Origin: Camelus dromedarius
Taxonomy: Eukaryota
Direction of reading: 5' to 3'
Assembly (NCBI RefSeq): GCF_036321535.1
Contig: NC_087437.1
Span: 11,782,001-11,846,000 of the forward strand
Length of the DNA: 64,000 nucleotides
Shown: positions 24,249-36,510 of the stretch, in pieces
How positions within the stretch are numbered: position 1 is the stretch's first letter
How the letters are laid out: every line of letters begins with the position of its first letter
Translations under genes and position numbers: made by a program
The notes under the pieces: generated by a model
Databases searched by the model: none
Told to the model about the DNA's origin: nothing
Seen by the model: the letters and a program-made list of their open reading frames with translations, nothing else

Positions 24249-25121
24249 AATCCTCAATGCTGTAATCACTGCAGCAACCTCTGCCACAGCCCCAAGTGAA
24301 GGCTGGGGCTAGAGAGACAGCAGCCTCCCTGCCTGGGTCTCTTTTCAGCAGATCAGCCTCCCCACGTCTTCTTCAATATGCATGTGAGTGTTATCATTTG
24401 TCATCTTTAATATTTGTAGTGACTCATATCTCAAATTAGATCGAAGACCTGACCCATTTAACTCTAGAGGGTTGCTGCCAGCTGAGAAATGACAGAAAAC
24501 CCTAACTTGGGCAGATTACAATGGGCTGACGATCACTATCATGGGAAAGTCAGGAGGTAAATGACAAATGATGCTAAATATCGTCTGAAATGAAGGAGAA
24601 CACACAGTGCACACTGTAATTATAAAAGCCATATAGAGAAAGAGATTGTGATGATCAAGAAAATATTCCTGCCGATACAGGTAAAACACAGGTAAATATT
24701 TTATTAAATATTGAACATTAGATTTACAGGCATTTTCATTTCCAGAAGGATATTGGATTAGATATCTTAGAAGTTCTTTTGCCAAAAGCAAGTAAAATGC
24801 TGGAGGGAAATGAGTTTAAAAACTTTCGAAATGCCTTGTGGAACTGACAAGAAGGAAAGGAATCCAGAGACACCAAAAAGCAAAAACAAAAATTGGGGAA
24901 ATCTGGGGGTAGACTTTAGGTACCCAGGTCGGCTGGTGACCTTGGGGCCCACGTGTTTGATGAGGACACAGGAGACTGAAGCGTAAGCAGGGATCTCAAA
25001 GGGCTCATCTCAGTGAGAAGTAAACCTGCAACACAGAAGGAGACAGCGCAGATGCTTGCCTGTCTCCTCGGGGCCCTATGTGCACAGAGAATTCTCCCCT
25101 GAGGACTCATAACAAGCCGGC

Positions 25122-26500
25122 CAGGTATGAACTCAAAACTGTGGGAGCCCCAAACTTCAGCAGGATACAGAAGGAAGCCTCCTTAACAAAAGAATACAAG
25201 ATTATGAATATAAGTTTAAATATTGAAAACATTTACTTAGAATAGGAAATCATTAAAAAATTGAACTTTGAAAATCTGACAAATATCACAAAGATCAGAA
25301 AAACATAATAGGTTCTACTAAATAATTGCTTAACTCCACTTTAAACAGTGTTTTCCTACATTTTTGGCTGCAAATTTCTTGATCATCTCTTTCTATGACA
25401 AAAGTTTTGTCACATCAGTTCTATTGAGAGGGTAAAAAGATAATTTAGTCTTTTCTAATATGTTTGATCAAAAACAGAGTTATCAAAATCAGTGTTTTAG
25501 AAAGTGTCTGTTTTGTAATTTGTTATTGCTAACATGGAAATTTTTAAGATTATTGCGTAGTATGGCAAAACTTCTACTGTTTCTTCACTTGTGAGGTGGA
25601 AGTTTTCAAGACACTTTACATTTCCTTATGCAGTGACCAATCTTAAACATTTTTTGAGTTGATGATAATCATTCAGTAATTTGTCAGCTTTGTCCTTATA
25701 GCACTGACATATTGTGAGTTTTATGTTTTCATCTTTAATGTTAATATCTCCTGTCAAACAGCAAGGAGCTTAAGTCTTTTTTCCCAATGTGTTTATATGT
25801 CTCACCTTTTCTTTCTTTCATCAGTTGAATTATAAAACAGCTCAAGATTCTCTTCACTACTTCTATTTGAAATTTACACTGATACATCCTTGTTCACTGG
25901 TCAGTTCCATACTTTGATTGCCAGTTTCTAAATTTTGACTGAAAAGACTTTTTTTCCCTTTTATCTTCCTTTCCTCTGAGCCATTCAGAAGCTTGAAAAT
26001 GCATGTGTATAATATTCATTTGTATATGAAAATCACATGCATACACGTATGTGTATGAATACATGTGCATGCAAATCTACAATAATCAGGGAGTCAAGTG
26101 AAATTATTTGCATCTTCAGTTAATTATTTGCAACTGTTACAGCAAAAGATGTAATAAACTCCTTTTATTATTCAAACAATCAATTAATGATAATTTTCTT
26201 TCAGAAAAAAATTGAGGCCATGTCTTGCTTAGAGGAGAAAACATATTGGAAGATTAGTCAGATGCTTGCCCTCACTGCCCTTGGTAAAACTGCTAGTTAA
26301 AAAAAAAAATCTGTTAATGTTTCTTTTAGAACGCATTATTTAGAAAGAACAGGTCAATTTATATATCTCTATTTCAAATACCATTATAAAAAGAAAAATA
26401 TCTAGCAGCAGCAATGATATTCCTGAAACTGAAGGAAGATTGGGATAAGAATCTTGTTAGTAAAGTGTACCCATATGGTTGAAAAGTCAAATTTTAGATT
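25122..26500 (-). mobile_element. hAT-Tip100 (Zaphod/MER115-like) DNA transposon fossil with a transposase C-terminal remnant
   Basis: Minus-strand translation at ~25350-25580 gives frameshifted hAT dimerisation-domain-like pieces VEVLPYYAIILKI, RLNYLFTLSIE and EMIKKFAAKNVGK. The terminus resembles the recalled Zaphod end (CTCCTTAACAAAAGAATACAAGATTATGAAT). The right boundary is uncertain. Confidence 0.65.
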
Positions 26501-26704
26501 CATTAATACTAATTCTGCAACTAGAGAATGGGTAAATGAGTGTCTTTGGGTCAGACTTTGATTTAAAAAATCAGTATTACAAACTATTTAAAACTGATAT
26601 AAATGCCTTCAAATTAAAATGCCCAGGTAGTAAGTAAATCAATTGCTAGATTATTTTTCTTACCAACAGCTCTCCTCCATGAGCCCTCTCTGCGTGTTAC
26701 TCAT

Positions 26705-27230
26705 GAATGTGCTCAGCTGCTAAGAACAAAAAAAAATCTGATTTGGGAGTGGCTTTAATAAAGAAGAGTTTATTTTATTCACACAGGGAGAAGCTTGTAG
26801 GTAAGGGTTCCTGGAGTTGCTGTGGCTTTTCAACACTGCTGTCCAGAACTCGGCTCCTCCTGGCCATCTGTTCTGTCACCCTGAACGTAGTGGTTCTTCC
26901 TCTCATGCTGTTCCCCCAAGGCTGTGACAAACCAAGGCATCAATCCACATTCCAAAGAAAGATCAAAAGGGCGAAAGGCCTTCTCCTGAGAAGCCTTAGT
27001 CTTTTTATTTGGTTTGGAATGAGATGTGTCTCCCCAGCAGACTTTTCCTTACATCTCTTTAGCCAAAAGTGGGCCATTCGTCAATCCTGGATCCATCATT
27101 GGCAAATAGGAATTACCTTAATTGGTTTTATCCCCGAGGGTTGAGAGAGGCTTCCCTTCCCAGCGATCAAAGCATCTCCACCCACTCCCTCAACATAAAA
27201 GTGGTACAGTGGCTGTGAGCAATAGCCACC
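26705..27230 (-). mobile_element. Old MLT1 (K/L-like) LTR
   Basis: CAGCTGCTAAGAACA...AGTGGCTTTAATAAAG...CCCAGCAGACTTTTCCTTACATCTCTTTAGCCAAAAGTGGGCCA. Confidence 0.6.
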
Positions 27231-28531
27231 ATCATCCATAAAGGGCAAACCTATTTTAGGGGATTCAGAATATCATTTGAATCAGAGCATAATTCCCTGG
27301 TTGAAATAGTTTGAGATAAATACTTGCCAAATTTTTGGAGTTTGAAACATGGATGTTTATTCTTGCCAACAAAAAGAAACAGGTAAAGAGACACCATCTT
27401 GTCAAACTATTATTAGAAATGATGAATTGTATCATTAGTCTGTATCATCCAAGAAATCCTAAACTAAGTCTAAATATAGCTAGGCTAAAGTTCAACTGGT
27501 CAGTTTCCATATAAAAAATCTTGAATAAACTTTTGGTTATTTTTGATGTTATTTTTTTCTCATGGTACAAGACACTTTTAAAATTAACAATATACTTCAC
27601 TGCAGTGCATAGCACAAAAGGGTGTTTGGTAGAGCCATGTTCATGGGAGAATGTGCCTGAATGGTTTTTGATCACTTTCTTAGAATTATTTACATTGGGT
27701 GGTAAATCAGAAGCTGTGAAGCATTTAAGATGGTACCCCAATTGGAAACTGACAAGTTAGCCCATCACAGTTTCATGTGTTTATACCGCAGAAGATGCCA
27801 CACACTTGGCCAGAGACACTCAACAGAAACAGTAGCCAAGGCAGCATCCCTGAGCCCTCATTCTTGCAAGACAGTGTGACACTTGTCAGGTGTTCATCTC
27901 CACAGCAGAGGAACCCGAAATTAGGAGACGTGATGATTTTACGGGGCTGCAAGTACACCTGCCTGTCTTCCCCTTTGGACAGAAAGATTACTCACTACCT
28001 TGGAATGGAAGCAAGTCCCTCCAGAGAGGAAAGGGGAGCAGTCAATCTTCCCTATCCTTGGATGTCTCCAAATCACCCCAGAAGAATACATTATCTCTAG
28101 CTTCCAAGGCCATCTGCTGTTCAAACATGTCCTTTGCTTAGAAGGCTCAGGCCACAAAGGGATATAAATCAGGAAGAATTGTCTAGTAACCGGGGGCTGA
28201 CATTCTGAAATCTCACTTTTAACGGAAGTTAGTAACTTTCACAGACGAGTGGGATTTAGTATTGAAATCAAGTAATAAAAAAAAAAAGAAACGATTTTAA
28301 TCCATCCCTGTATTTGATAAGAGACATCACATTTTCTGTCAAAGATCTTTCTTAAGTCAGCAGGGAGTTCCCATCCACCTGGCTGCCGGTGCATTTCACA
28401 GTCAACACCACCAAGGAAAACTTGAAGCTGGGAAGGAGAGAAAGTAAACTGAGTAGTTTAGATTCATCCTACACAATGGAGACTCTGTTGATGGCTTTTT
28501 GCTGTAACAGCGCTTGAAAAGTTGTACTGCT

Positions 28532-28910
28532 TGCCTTAGTCTGTTTAGGCTGCTGTAACAAAATGCCACAGACAGGGTGACTTAAAACAGCAAACATTTA
28601 TTTCTCAGAGTTCTGCAGGCCAGGAAGTCCAAGACCAAGGTGCCGGCATATTTGGTATTAAGTGGGGACTCTCTTCTTGGTTTGCAGGCAGCCACCTTCC
28701 TGCTGTATCCTCGCATGGCTGAGAGAGAGAAAGAGAAGCCTGGTGTCTCCTTCTCTTCTTAAAAAGACACTGATCCCATCATGGGGGCCCCACCCTCATG
28801 ACCCCACCTCAACCTACTCCCCTCCCAAAGGGCCTCCCTCCAAATACCATTCCACTGGGGATCAGGGAGGCAGCTAATTTGGGGAGTACACAAACATTCA
28901 GTTCATAGCA
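28532..28910 (-). mobile_element. MLT1A-type solo LTR
   Basis: TGCCTTAGTCTGTTTAGGCTGCTGTAACAAAATGCCACAGAC...ACACAAACATTCAGTTCATAGCA with TG...CA ends and a near-perfect 5-bp TSD CTGCT/CTACT. Confidence 0.9.
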
Positions 28911-30397
28911 CTACTCTTTGAACAATGAACACTGCTTTTTTTTTTTTTTTTTGGTAGATTGTTTTCACCCTAAACCACACTAAATAAATAAGAGATGAGA
29001 AATAATATTTCAACATTCAATTTTTCTGGTGAAGAAATCACACCAATGTTCTTGATTGAACAATTTCAAGTCTGACACTGTTGAATGAAGCAGTTTGAAT
29101 TATGTCCTGTCTTCAGATGCCCCCCACCATCTTGATTTGTAGTCACATGCCAAGTGGAAGGATGAAGTGTTAGCATCTCTGTGCCTACTGCCCCATTTTT
29201 TGAGGCTCTCCTGTGTTTAGCCTACATCTGCCTATAATGGTGATTATCTGCAATAGAACATTACTTGTAAGTGCAAGATCATTTTGAACAAGCAAAAGTT
29301 TTTTAAAAATGAACGTGTTCTTAGAAAACGAAAGAGTGCAACAAACTTACATCATATCACTCTTTTTCTTCAAGATGTCTTACTTCAAGTTTTTTTTCTA
29401 CCTACATTGACTTGTTTTCATTTTTTAATTTTTATATTTTACAATCTATAAAATTACTGGGTTATCTTGGGTTGCAATGGAACATATTGTGCTTTTCTCC
29501 TATTAAAATTTAACAGCTCTTCATTTAATGGCAAGGTTGTCAGGAGTGAATTAAAGTAATTGAGTGGGAAATGGGTTTGTTTATCAGTTTGTGAAGCTGC
29601 CCTCATAGGAAGTCTCCACCATCTTCTCTCCCAGCCAGTTCTCCAAGCAAACAAGCGATGGTTCCCACCTTCAGAATTATTATTGGATTATCTCTTTCAC
29701 ATTTGCTCCCTGACAAAAAAAAAATTCTTTGAAGATTCTGCCATTGTCTTGTCATCATTGGGCATCGTTCTGATGGTGACACCAAAAACAGAAAAGAGAA
29801 TGAGGACCTGAATTACAATGAGGACTAGAGTTTCTTACAGAAAAAGATTTTCTGTTTTATTTTAGGAAAAAAAATATACTTGTTCATCTGGATCTAAAAG
29901 CTATGTGGGATCCTTGCACAGTCTAATGATTTTGATATTTCGTTAGCAAATTAATGCTCATTATTTGTTTAACTTGCATGAAAAGTTTTTTGGTTTTTTT
30001 GTTGTTTTTTTTTCCCTTTTTTATCCCCCATTTCATTCAAAGGGGCAGAAAAAAGCCCCCTAGTGGCTGTTTCTTCACATTGTCTATTGGCCCAGCCTTT
30101 CAGCTTTGGCCAAAAACTTGTACTCTCAACTTAGCAAAAGAAAAGCCCTGCCTTTCACAGGGCACACTGCTGAGAAGGAGGCCCTTTGGGCTCAGCCATT
30201 GTTCACTGAGTCTGACACTTCAAGATCTCAGTACTCACCAAAGCCACTCACCCAAGTATTTCTTCCAGTCACATAGTGTTCTCCCTGGGGATTCTGATAA
30301 ATGAGATCCCCCTCGTCTTGTTATGTTTTGAGCATCCGGGACAGATTGACTCTCCACAGAAACGCCAAGGCGACCTGCCTTTTAATCTGTCACTGCA

Positions 30398-31005
30398 GTC
30401 ACACATTCAACAAATTCTCACAAAGCACCAGCTCCATGCCATGTGTTGTGAAGGTGCAGCCGTGGCCAGCCCCCTACCCAGAGCTCACAGTCTCGCAAGG
30501 GACTCCGACAGTGGGGCAGATATGGGCGAAAGGTGTGCTCAGCGCTCTGAGGTTGAGGAGCGCAGTCCTGGTCTGAGGAGGGCAGGGACAGGCTGGGGAG
30601 GGGAGTGGAGAGGCGGGGAGAGGGTAGGACTGACTCAGGCAGAGGGTCAGCCTGGGGAAGGCCCAGAGGTGGGAGGACTTGGAGAACAAGTACTCCAGGA
30701 ACTGGGAAAGTCCAAGGGGACTCAGGTGTGGGAGGAAATGGGAGACAAGTGTTCTTTTCGTAGGTGAAGGTCATAAAGGAGCTCGAGCCCCAGGCTGAGG
30801 TGTCAGGGTGTCCCGGAGGACAGTGGCACATTCCTGAAAGGCTCGAAGCAGAGCAGTGTGGTGAACAGACTGCATTTCTGAAGGGACGTTTTTGTCCTGG
30901 GGGGACATGAGGACGTGAAGGCCAGGCGAGAGAATGAACCCTCTGGGGACTGTCCGAGGTCTGGCCCTGGGATCTGGCTGGAAGGTGAGGGTTTTGTACC
31001 AATGA
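30398..31005 (-). mobile_element. L2 fragment (GC-rich copy)
   Basis: CACATTCAACAAATTCTCACAAAGCACCAGCTCCATGCCA...CAGAGCTCACAGTCT, followed by purine-rich L2 body. Confidence 0.55.
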
Positions 31006-31584
31006 TCGGTGAAGGCAGTGCTACCTGACAGGACCCGTCAGGACATGGGGAAAACACGACAGGAGGTGGAGGAGGTCTCCAGAGGGTGCTATCTCAGGCG
31101 GGGTCCCGGGTGTGGCCTGACATCAGTGGGAGCCTTGAGAGTAAACTGTCTTCAAAGCAAGGCGGCTGGGCCCTCAGGTTCCCGCCAGCCAGTTGCCAGC
31201 TGTGGGGCCTGCCCTGGGACCTGTGAACCCCAGACACGGCCAGCTGTCCCCATCTGTAGGTGACGCAACTCCAGCAGGCCGGGGCAGTGCTCTGAAGACA
31301 GCTCCTGGCGCAGGTGGGAGGAGGTACGCAGACTCTGGGGGCGGGCACACAACAGGGGGGGGAAGGATTCCAGGGAGTCTGGGGAGGGCACTTTACAGGG
31401 TCCCTGTAGTGGCAGTGTTAGTAATCTAGAATTCAGGGGGCCGCCTGCGAGAGCGATGGTTACGACAGTGCGGAAAGACTAAAACAGACACAGTTGAAAG
31501 ATATGAAGGAACAGAATATAGGAATTGCATTAATAGCTTACTATTTTAAACCTTTATTCACAATTATTGCATGTTCTTTTCTAT

Positions 31585-31765
31585 TTTCTTTTTTTAAAAC
31601 TGACAGATAATTGGTTTACCATTCCGTGTTAGTTTCAGGTGTACAGCAAAGTGATTCGGTTATATGCCTACATACACTCTTTTTTTCATTCTTTTCCATT
31701 GTAGGTTATTACAGGATGCTAAATATAGTTCCCTGTGCTACACAGCAGGTCCTTGTTGTTTACAC
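31585..31765 (-). mobile_element. Short L1 3'-end insertion
   Basis: GTGTTAGTTTCAGGTGTACAGCAAAGTGATTCGGTTATA...TAGTTCCCTGTGCTACACAG; TCTTTTCTA on both flanks. Confidence 0.85.
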
Positions 31766-33479
31766 ACTCTTTTCTAAATGGCAATGAGATTATAAAACAA
31801 ACAATAAACGTGTAATAATAATATTTAAATAATTAAGAATTAAATAATCTGCAATGGGCAGATCTGAGGTGGTCTCTTTACAAAATTTAAAAGAACAGCG
31901 GCAGTTTGTTAAGGGTGACAGATGGGATAGACATACTTACCAATTCAAAGAAAGGGAGAAAACCAAGAGTGTAAACCTTCACCAAGCACAAAGCAGTACT
32001 GAAGACATAGACACATAATACGCCACTTCCCCAGTGAGTCCCTGAGCATATTAATCAGGCTGCCATTTTTTGATGAGCCCCAGACAGCGGATTTAGTCAG
32101 GCTGCCCAGTGGGATTTAAAAGGTAGAGCTGGACTTCTCTTCCAAAATGCTTTTAGCTAATGTCTCCGAGTAGATTTAATAAAAGAAAGACAACGTATTA
32201 AAATTTTTTGAAAGCCTGTTTGGTTGGATGCCCTTGGGAAAAAGCAAATAAATGAATTGAGGAAGTAGTTTCATTAGGCGACATTAAAATTCTCCTATCT
32301 CATTGAAATATTTCACTGGTTTTCAAGTTGATTTCACTAATGGAGAGACTGGCCAGAAGAACGTGCACTGATACAATTCAACAGTTTCCTCTAGAGCTCC
32401 TTGGAGAAATGCGCATCTGGAAAGTGGAGTTTTTATTTAACATTCTCAAAATAGCACTCAAGTGACTCAGAAAAAAAATGGGTTTATCCATGAACTATTT
32501 GCCTAATGTGCATTTTACAAAAATGGGCAGCGTTGGCATTCTGAAAAACAGTCCTCTGTTTCCCGGAACCATTAACATTTCTTTAGAAAAAGGAAATCAA
32601 GTTCCAGGAGGAGCTAGTACTTAGGTCCACAGGAGGAAGTTTAGGCTGCCTTAGAAAATTCCTGCCATGCAGAATGAGACTAAGTCTTTTACTCATCCGT
32701 CCATCACATCAGACACGTCATTACTTAATTCTAGCCTTGACTTCATTTTGGGAGCAAAAAGCACGAACAGACTCTAACACCATCCACTTTGGTCAGCTTT
32801 CCTTGAAAACGGGAAGCCGCCCCCTTCAGGCGTGTTGCTTACCGTCCTGCAGGCCCTGCAGACTGGCCGCCTGTAACTGGATTAAAACCCTGTGCTTTGC
32901 GGCTTAGCCGTGGTCTGGAGCGGGACGTGTGGTGGTGGGTGGGCCCTGAGGAGCCGGGAGGCCCCTGGAGAAATTCCACGGCCGAGTGGGAGGTGAGGAC
33001 GAGAGAGACAAGGGGGATACACAATTGTAGGCAATCCTACCTCGGATCTCAGCCTTTCTGGGTTTTCTTCCTGGCTCTCTGTGACTCAGAGGATTCATGA
33101 AATAGCTCTTTCATTGCTTTAGTTCAGTGGGAAAAAAAAATGAGGAGTTTCGACACCATCAAAACAACCCGCTCTGAAGTAAAATTTTGGCTATCCTTAA
33201 ATGTTGTGTGCTAGACACCCAATTCTCAGTTTCTTTAAAAAAAAATTAAATAGCTGATGGTTTGGGTGTCAATTACTGTAAATTCAAGATAGTACTAGTG
33301 TTATAAAGGCAGTTTTATCTTAAATTGGTAACAAAGCAACCCTGTTTAAAAATGCATGGCCACTGCTGAACTGAAACTTCACTGTCACCTATGTGTCTCC
33401 TTGTTTATTCTCTGCCAGCTGTTTGTCCCATTTCCCTTAATTATCAAAAGAGAAAATTGTCTCATTTCTCTTAAACCCC

Positions 33480-34140
33480 TAAATCAACCAACACCTGTCT
33501 TGTGCATCAGTCAGGCCTTGCCACCCACCACAGTCACCACGTGTGGCCCCCCTCCTCCGCGCCCGGGTGCTACACATTTTTCTCTGCACACTTACCTTTC
33601 CTTCTTTCCTCCAGGCTCAAAGGATGACTCTCTCCTCTTCTTCAAGCCCATCTTTGCATCATCACCTTTCTGCTTACAGAAAAATGTGGTTAGAAAGCCT
33701 TACACATCATTTCTATTAAGTATTGTAAAATGATAAACTATCCCACTGCAGCAAAAATTTTCTCTAAATAAATCAAGGTGGACTGATGTCTGGAGACACT
33801 CAGGTTTATTTTAAAATTGATTATTCTCCCTGCTACATTCCTACATCGGTCATTATATTTGTGCCATTTTTTTTATCCCATAATGCATTATATTTTCCAT
33901 GTTTACAAGTGAGGTTTCATCATTTAATTTAGATTATGCCCCTGGGGATAAGGGAAGATAGCAGAGGTCTATTTATCTCACTAACTGTTGGATTTCCTCA
34001 GTCTTTAGGACTACACCTTTGCTCACATCTATGTCTCCCTAAGCCCTCTCTTTCACATTCTCCAACTCAGTTACCAACTATGCGCTGACTGCCCACAGAT
34101 TTTTCTCTCCTGTCTAAAACCTTCAGGGAGCTCCTCCTTA
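33480..34140 (+). mobile_element. Decayed L2 fragments
   Basis: TTCTTTCCTCCAGGCTCAAAGGATGACTCTCTCCTCTTCTTCAAGCCCA and CAGTTACCAACTATGCGCTGACTGCCCACAGAT resemble L2 ORF2 sequence. Confidence 0.45.
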
Positions 34141-34992
34141 CATATACAATGGTTTATTTGATACATGATTTGTTATCCCTTCTCATGCTTTGAATGGATA
34201 AGTGAACAAATCAGTTACATGTTTCTAAATCCCACTCTGGGGGAAATAAGAGGAGAAAAAGTACATTCATTTCAAGCACATTCCAGGCACTCACAACTCT
34301 GGGACACTGCTCACCTTCTGTCTGCACCTATACATTGTTTCTTTCTAGGTTTGTTACTTCCACAGATTCAAGAATGCCTTGCCCAGAAGTTGCCTCGGCC
34401 CTTTCACTGTAGGCTTCACGTGCTGTAGCGTCGACTCGCGAGTCCCCTGTGTCATGGAGTGAATCGGAGTCTTGTTGTGGACGTAGAGTCGCCTTTTCTC
34501 CAGCCATGCCTCCAGCACCACTGTCCTGAGTGCCACACCCCCACATGATATTTTGTGATATTCCAATGAGGAATTGACGTATAGCGAGAGAAGGATAGCA
34601 AAGAGCTGGTGCGTGTAGGATTCACTAGTCTGAGCATACGCTTAGTTTCCCAGCATAGAAAATGTGCCCTTAACAGGATGATGGCAGGGTTTGTGGGGAA
34701 CTGTCCTGCCACCAGCTGGGAGACCCCACATGGTGGGATTTGGGTGCTGTCTCATGAGATGTGTATGTGTGAGCACGTAGGGTGAAGGGTTTGTTCACAG
34801 CCTACCCGTGGGCTCAAGAACCAGGTTGTGAAAGGGAGGTAGGCTCAGCACGATTTTTCCTAGTGAATCAATTCGGAAAAACTGTGCTCTCCTTTGCTGT
34901 CACTCTAGGATCTGTTGCTGGTTTCGATGCTTTAGCACTTTAGAAATGAAAGCTTCTACACCAAATGCCTCCATTGGGTTGTAATCTGAGAC

Positions 34993-35850
34993 TGTCACCC
35001 GGCTATTTGGGGCTTCTGTGAACAGATCAAGTTCGTTACAATGTCGGCTTTGGGAATTGATACTCAGGATCAAGGAGAAATAAGGCTGCTCTCGTACAGC
35101 GGGGGCTGGAGGAGGGACCGCAGTCCTCGGGGTGCTCCTGTGGTGGTCAGACCCCTCAGAGATGGAGGTCAGCCATCTCGCCAGGTGTTAGGGGACACTT
35201 GGTGGCGGGCCAGTGATGCGGGTTGGTAAAAAGAATTTACCAAAGGCAAGGGAAAGTTTAAGAACAAAGGAAAGTTTAATAGTTTCGCTGCTACAGGCAA
35301 CAGCGGGCTGCACAGGCGACAGGTGCCTGTGTGTCTGCCGAGTGTGAACGTCCGGGTTCTTTTACTGAGGAAGGGGCTGTGAGCACAAAGGGATGAGGGA
35401 ACAGATTTCTGATTGGCTATACGTGAGGTAAGGGGCGGTGGTATAAGGGAGGACAGTGGATTTATGACTCCAGTAAGATGGAGACGTGAACTTGACACGA
35501 ACAAGGCAGTGGAATTTATGACTCCAATAGGAGAACTGGGCCGGGACAAGTCAGCCTGAGCTAGGGTGAGGCTGGCCATTTCCCAGGGCTGTTAACTCTG
35601 CGAAGGCAGGCACGTTAGGGAAGGGTGCACTTTGCTTTTTTGAGGGATTGCAGGTGGACATCTGAGAGCCCAGGAATCGCGGTCGCAGGGCCATGGCAGG
35701 CACCAGTTGGCACTCACCAGCTAAAGAGCCCGGAGCAGTGGAGGTCAAAATAACTGGGAGTGAGGCCGCGGAGAAAGAAGCCACAAATATCAACTGTTGC
35801 CAAGGGGCTAGCTGTAAAGACGAGTCCTGTGACCCTGTAGTTTCCAATCA
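34993..35850 (-). mobile_element. ERV1-type solo LTR (CpG-retaining, relatively young)
   Basis: Right end is CA at 35850. Minus-strand CCAAT (35412-35416) and ATTAAA (35275-35280) are in LTR order, and there is a U3-type direct repeat CAGTGGA(A)TTTATGACTCCA. Left boundary and TSD not resolved. Confidence 0.65.
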
Positions 35851-36510
35851 TACTTCCTTCCTTTCATGATTTGCTGATATTTATGCCAACTTGAAAATTT
35901 ATATAACTTACTAACTCACTTCTCTTTCCTTTTCCTGTATGCTGTGGTGTTATGTAGCATGTGTTAGAAATGGTGAACCGTCCGGTCGAGTCCAGAAGGC
36001 GGAATCGTGACAGAGCTGGGAGGACTGACATCTTCGAGGGACCCCCAACTAGACCTGGATGCAGGGATCCATGAGACTGTAAGTTTCCTCCTTAAAGGGG
36101 ATGAGGCTTTTAGAAACGAGGGAATAAATGCATGACACCATCCAGGAGGCATCTCAGGGCTGGGTTTGGGAGGTGTGGCATCGAGCAGCTGAAGGAGTGA
36201 GGTGTGCAGGTCATCTGTGTTTCTGCTGGCTACTCAGCACCCCACCCCCTCCTTCTACGTTTGGCAAGTCCCCTTTTGTGAGTCCTGATAGGAGGCAGGG
36301 TCTATTTCTAGTTAGAATTTTTAAAGGATTGGTGCTCTGTTGTCCAGCAGTCTTGGCAGCCGAGAAGCAGGCACTCAACGTAGGTGTGGCCCGTCACCCT
36401 CACTCGGGCTGGATCTGAGTCCGGCGGTAGAGAGGTAGAGCAGTTACCATCAGTGAAGAAGAAATTTTGCAAGGGAGCAGCATCCAGAAGCCGCCACAGC
36501 ATTCAGGTCC

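Noticed and set aside
30276..31002. Longest ORFs in the window (163 and 194 aa)
   Set aside because: They lie in a GC-rich L2 remnant where stop codons are scarce, and the translations are low-information P/S/G-rich sequence with no domain
31010..31470. Possible ancient LTR (GC-rich, ending GGTTACGACA)
   Set aside because: Only a vague resemblance; no termini or TSD could be established
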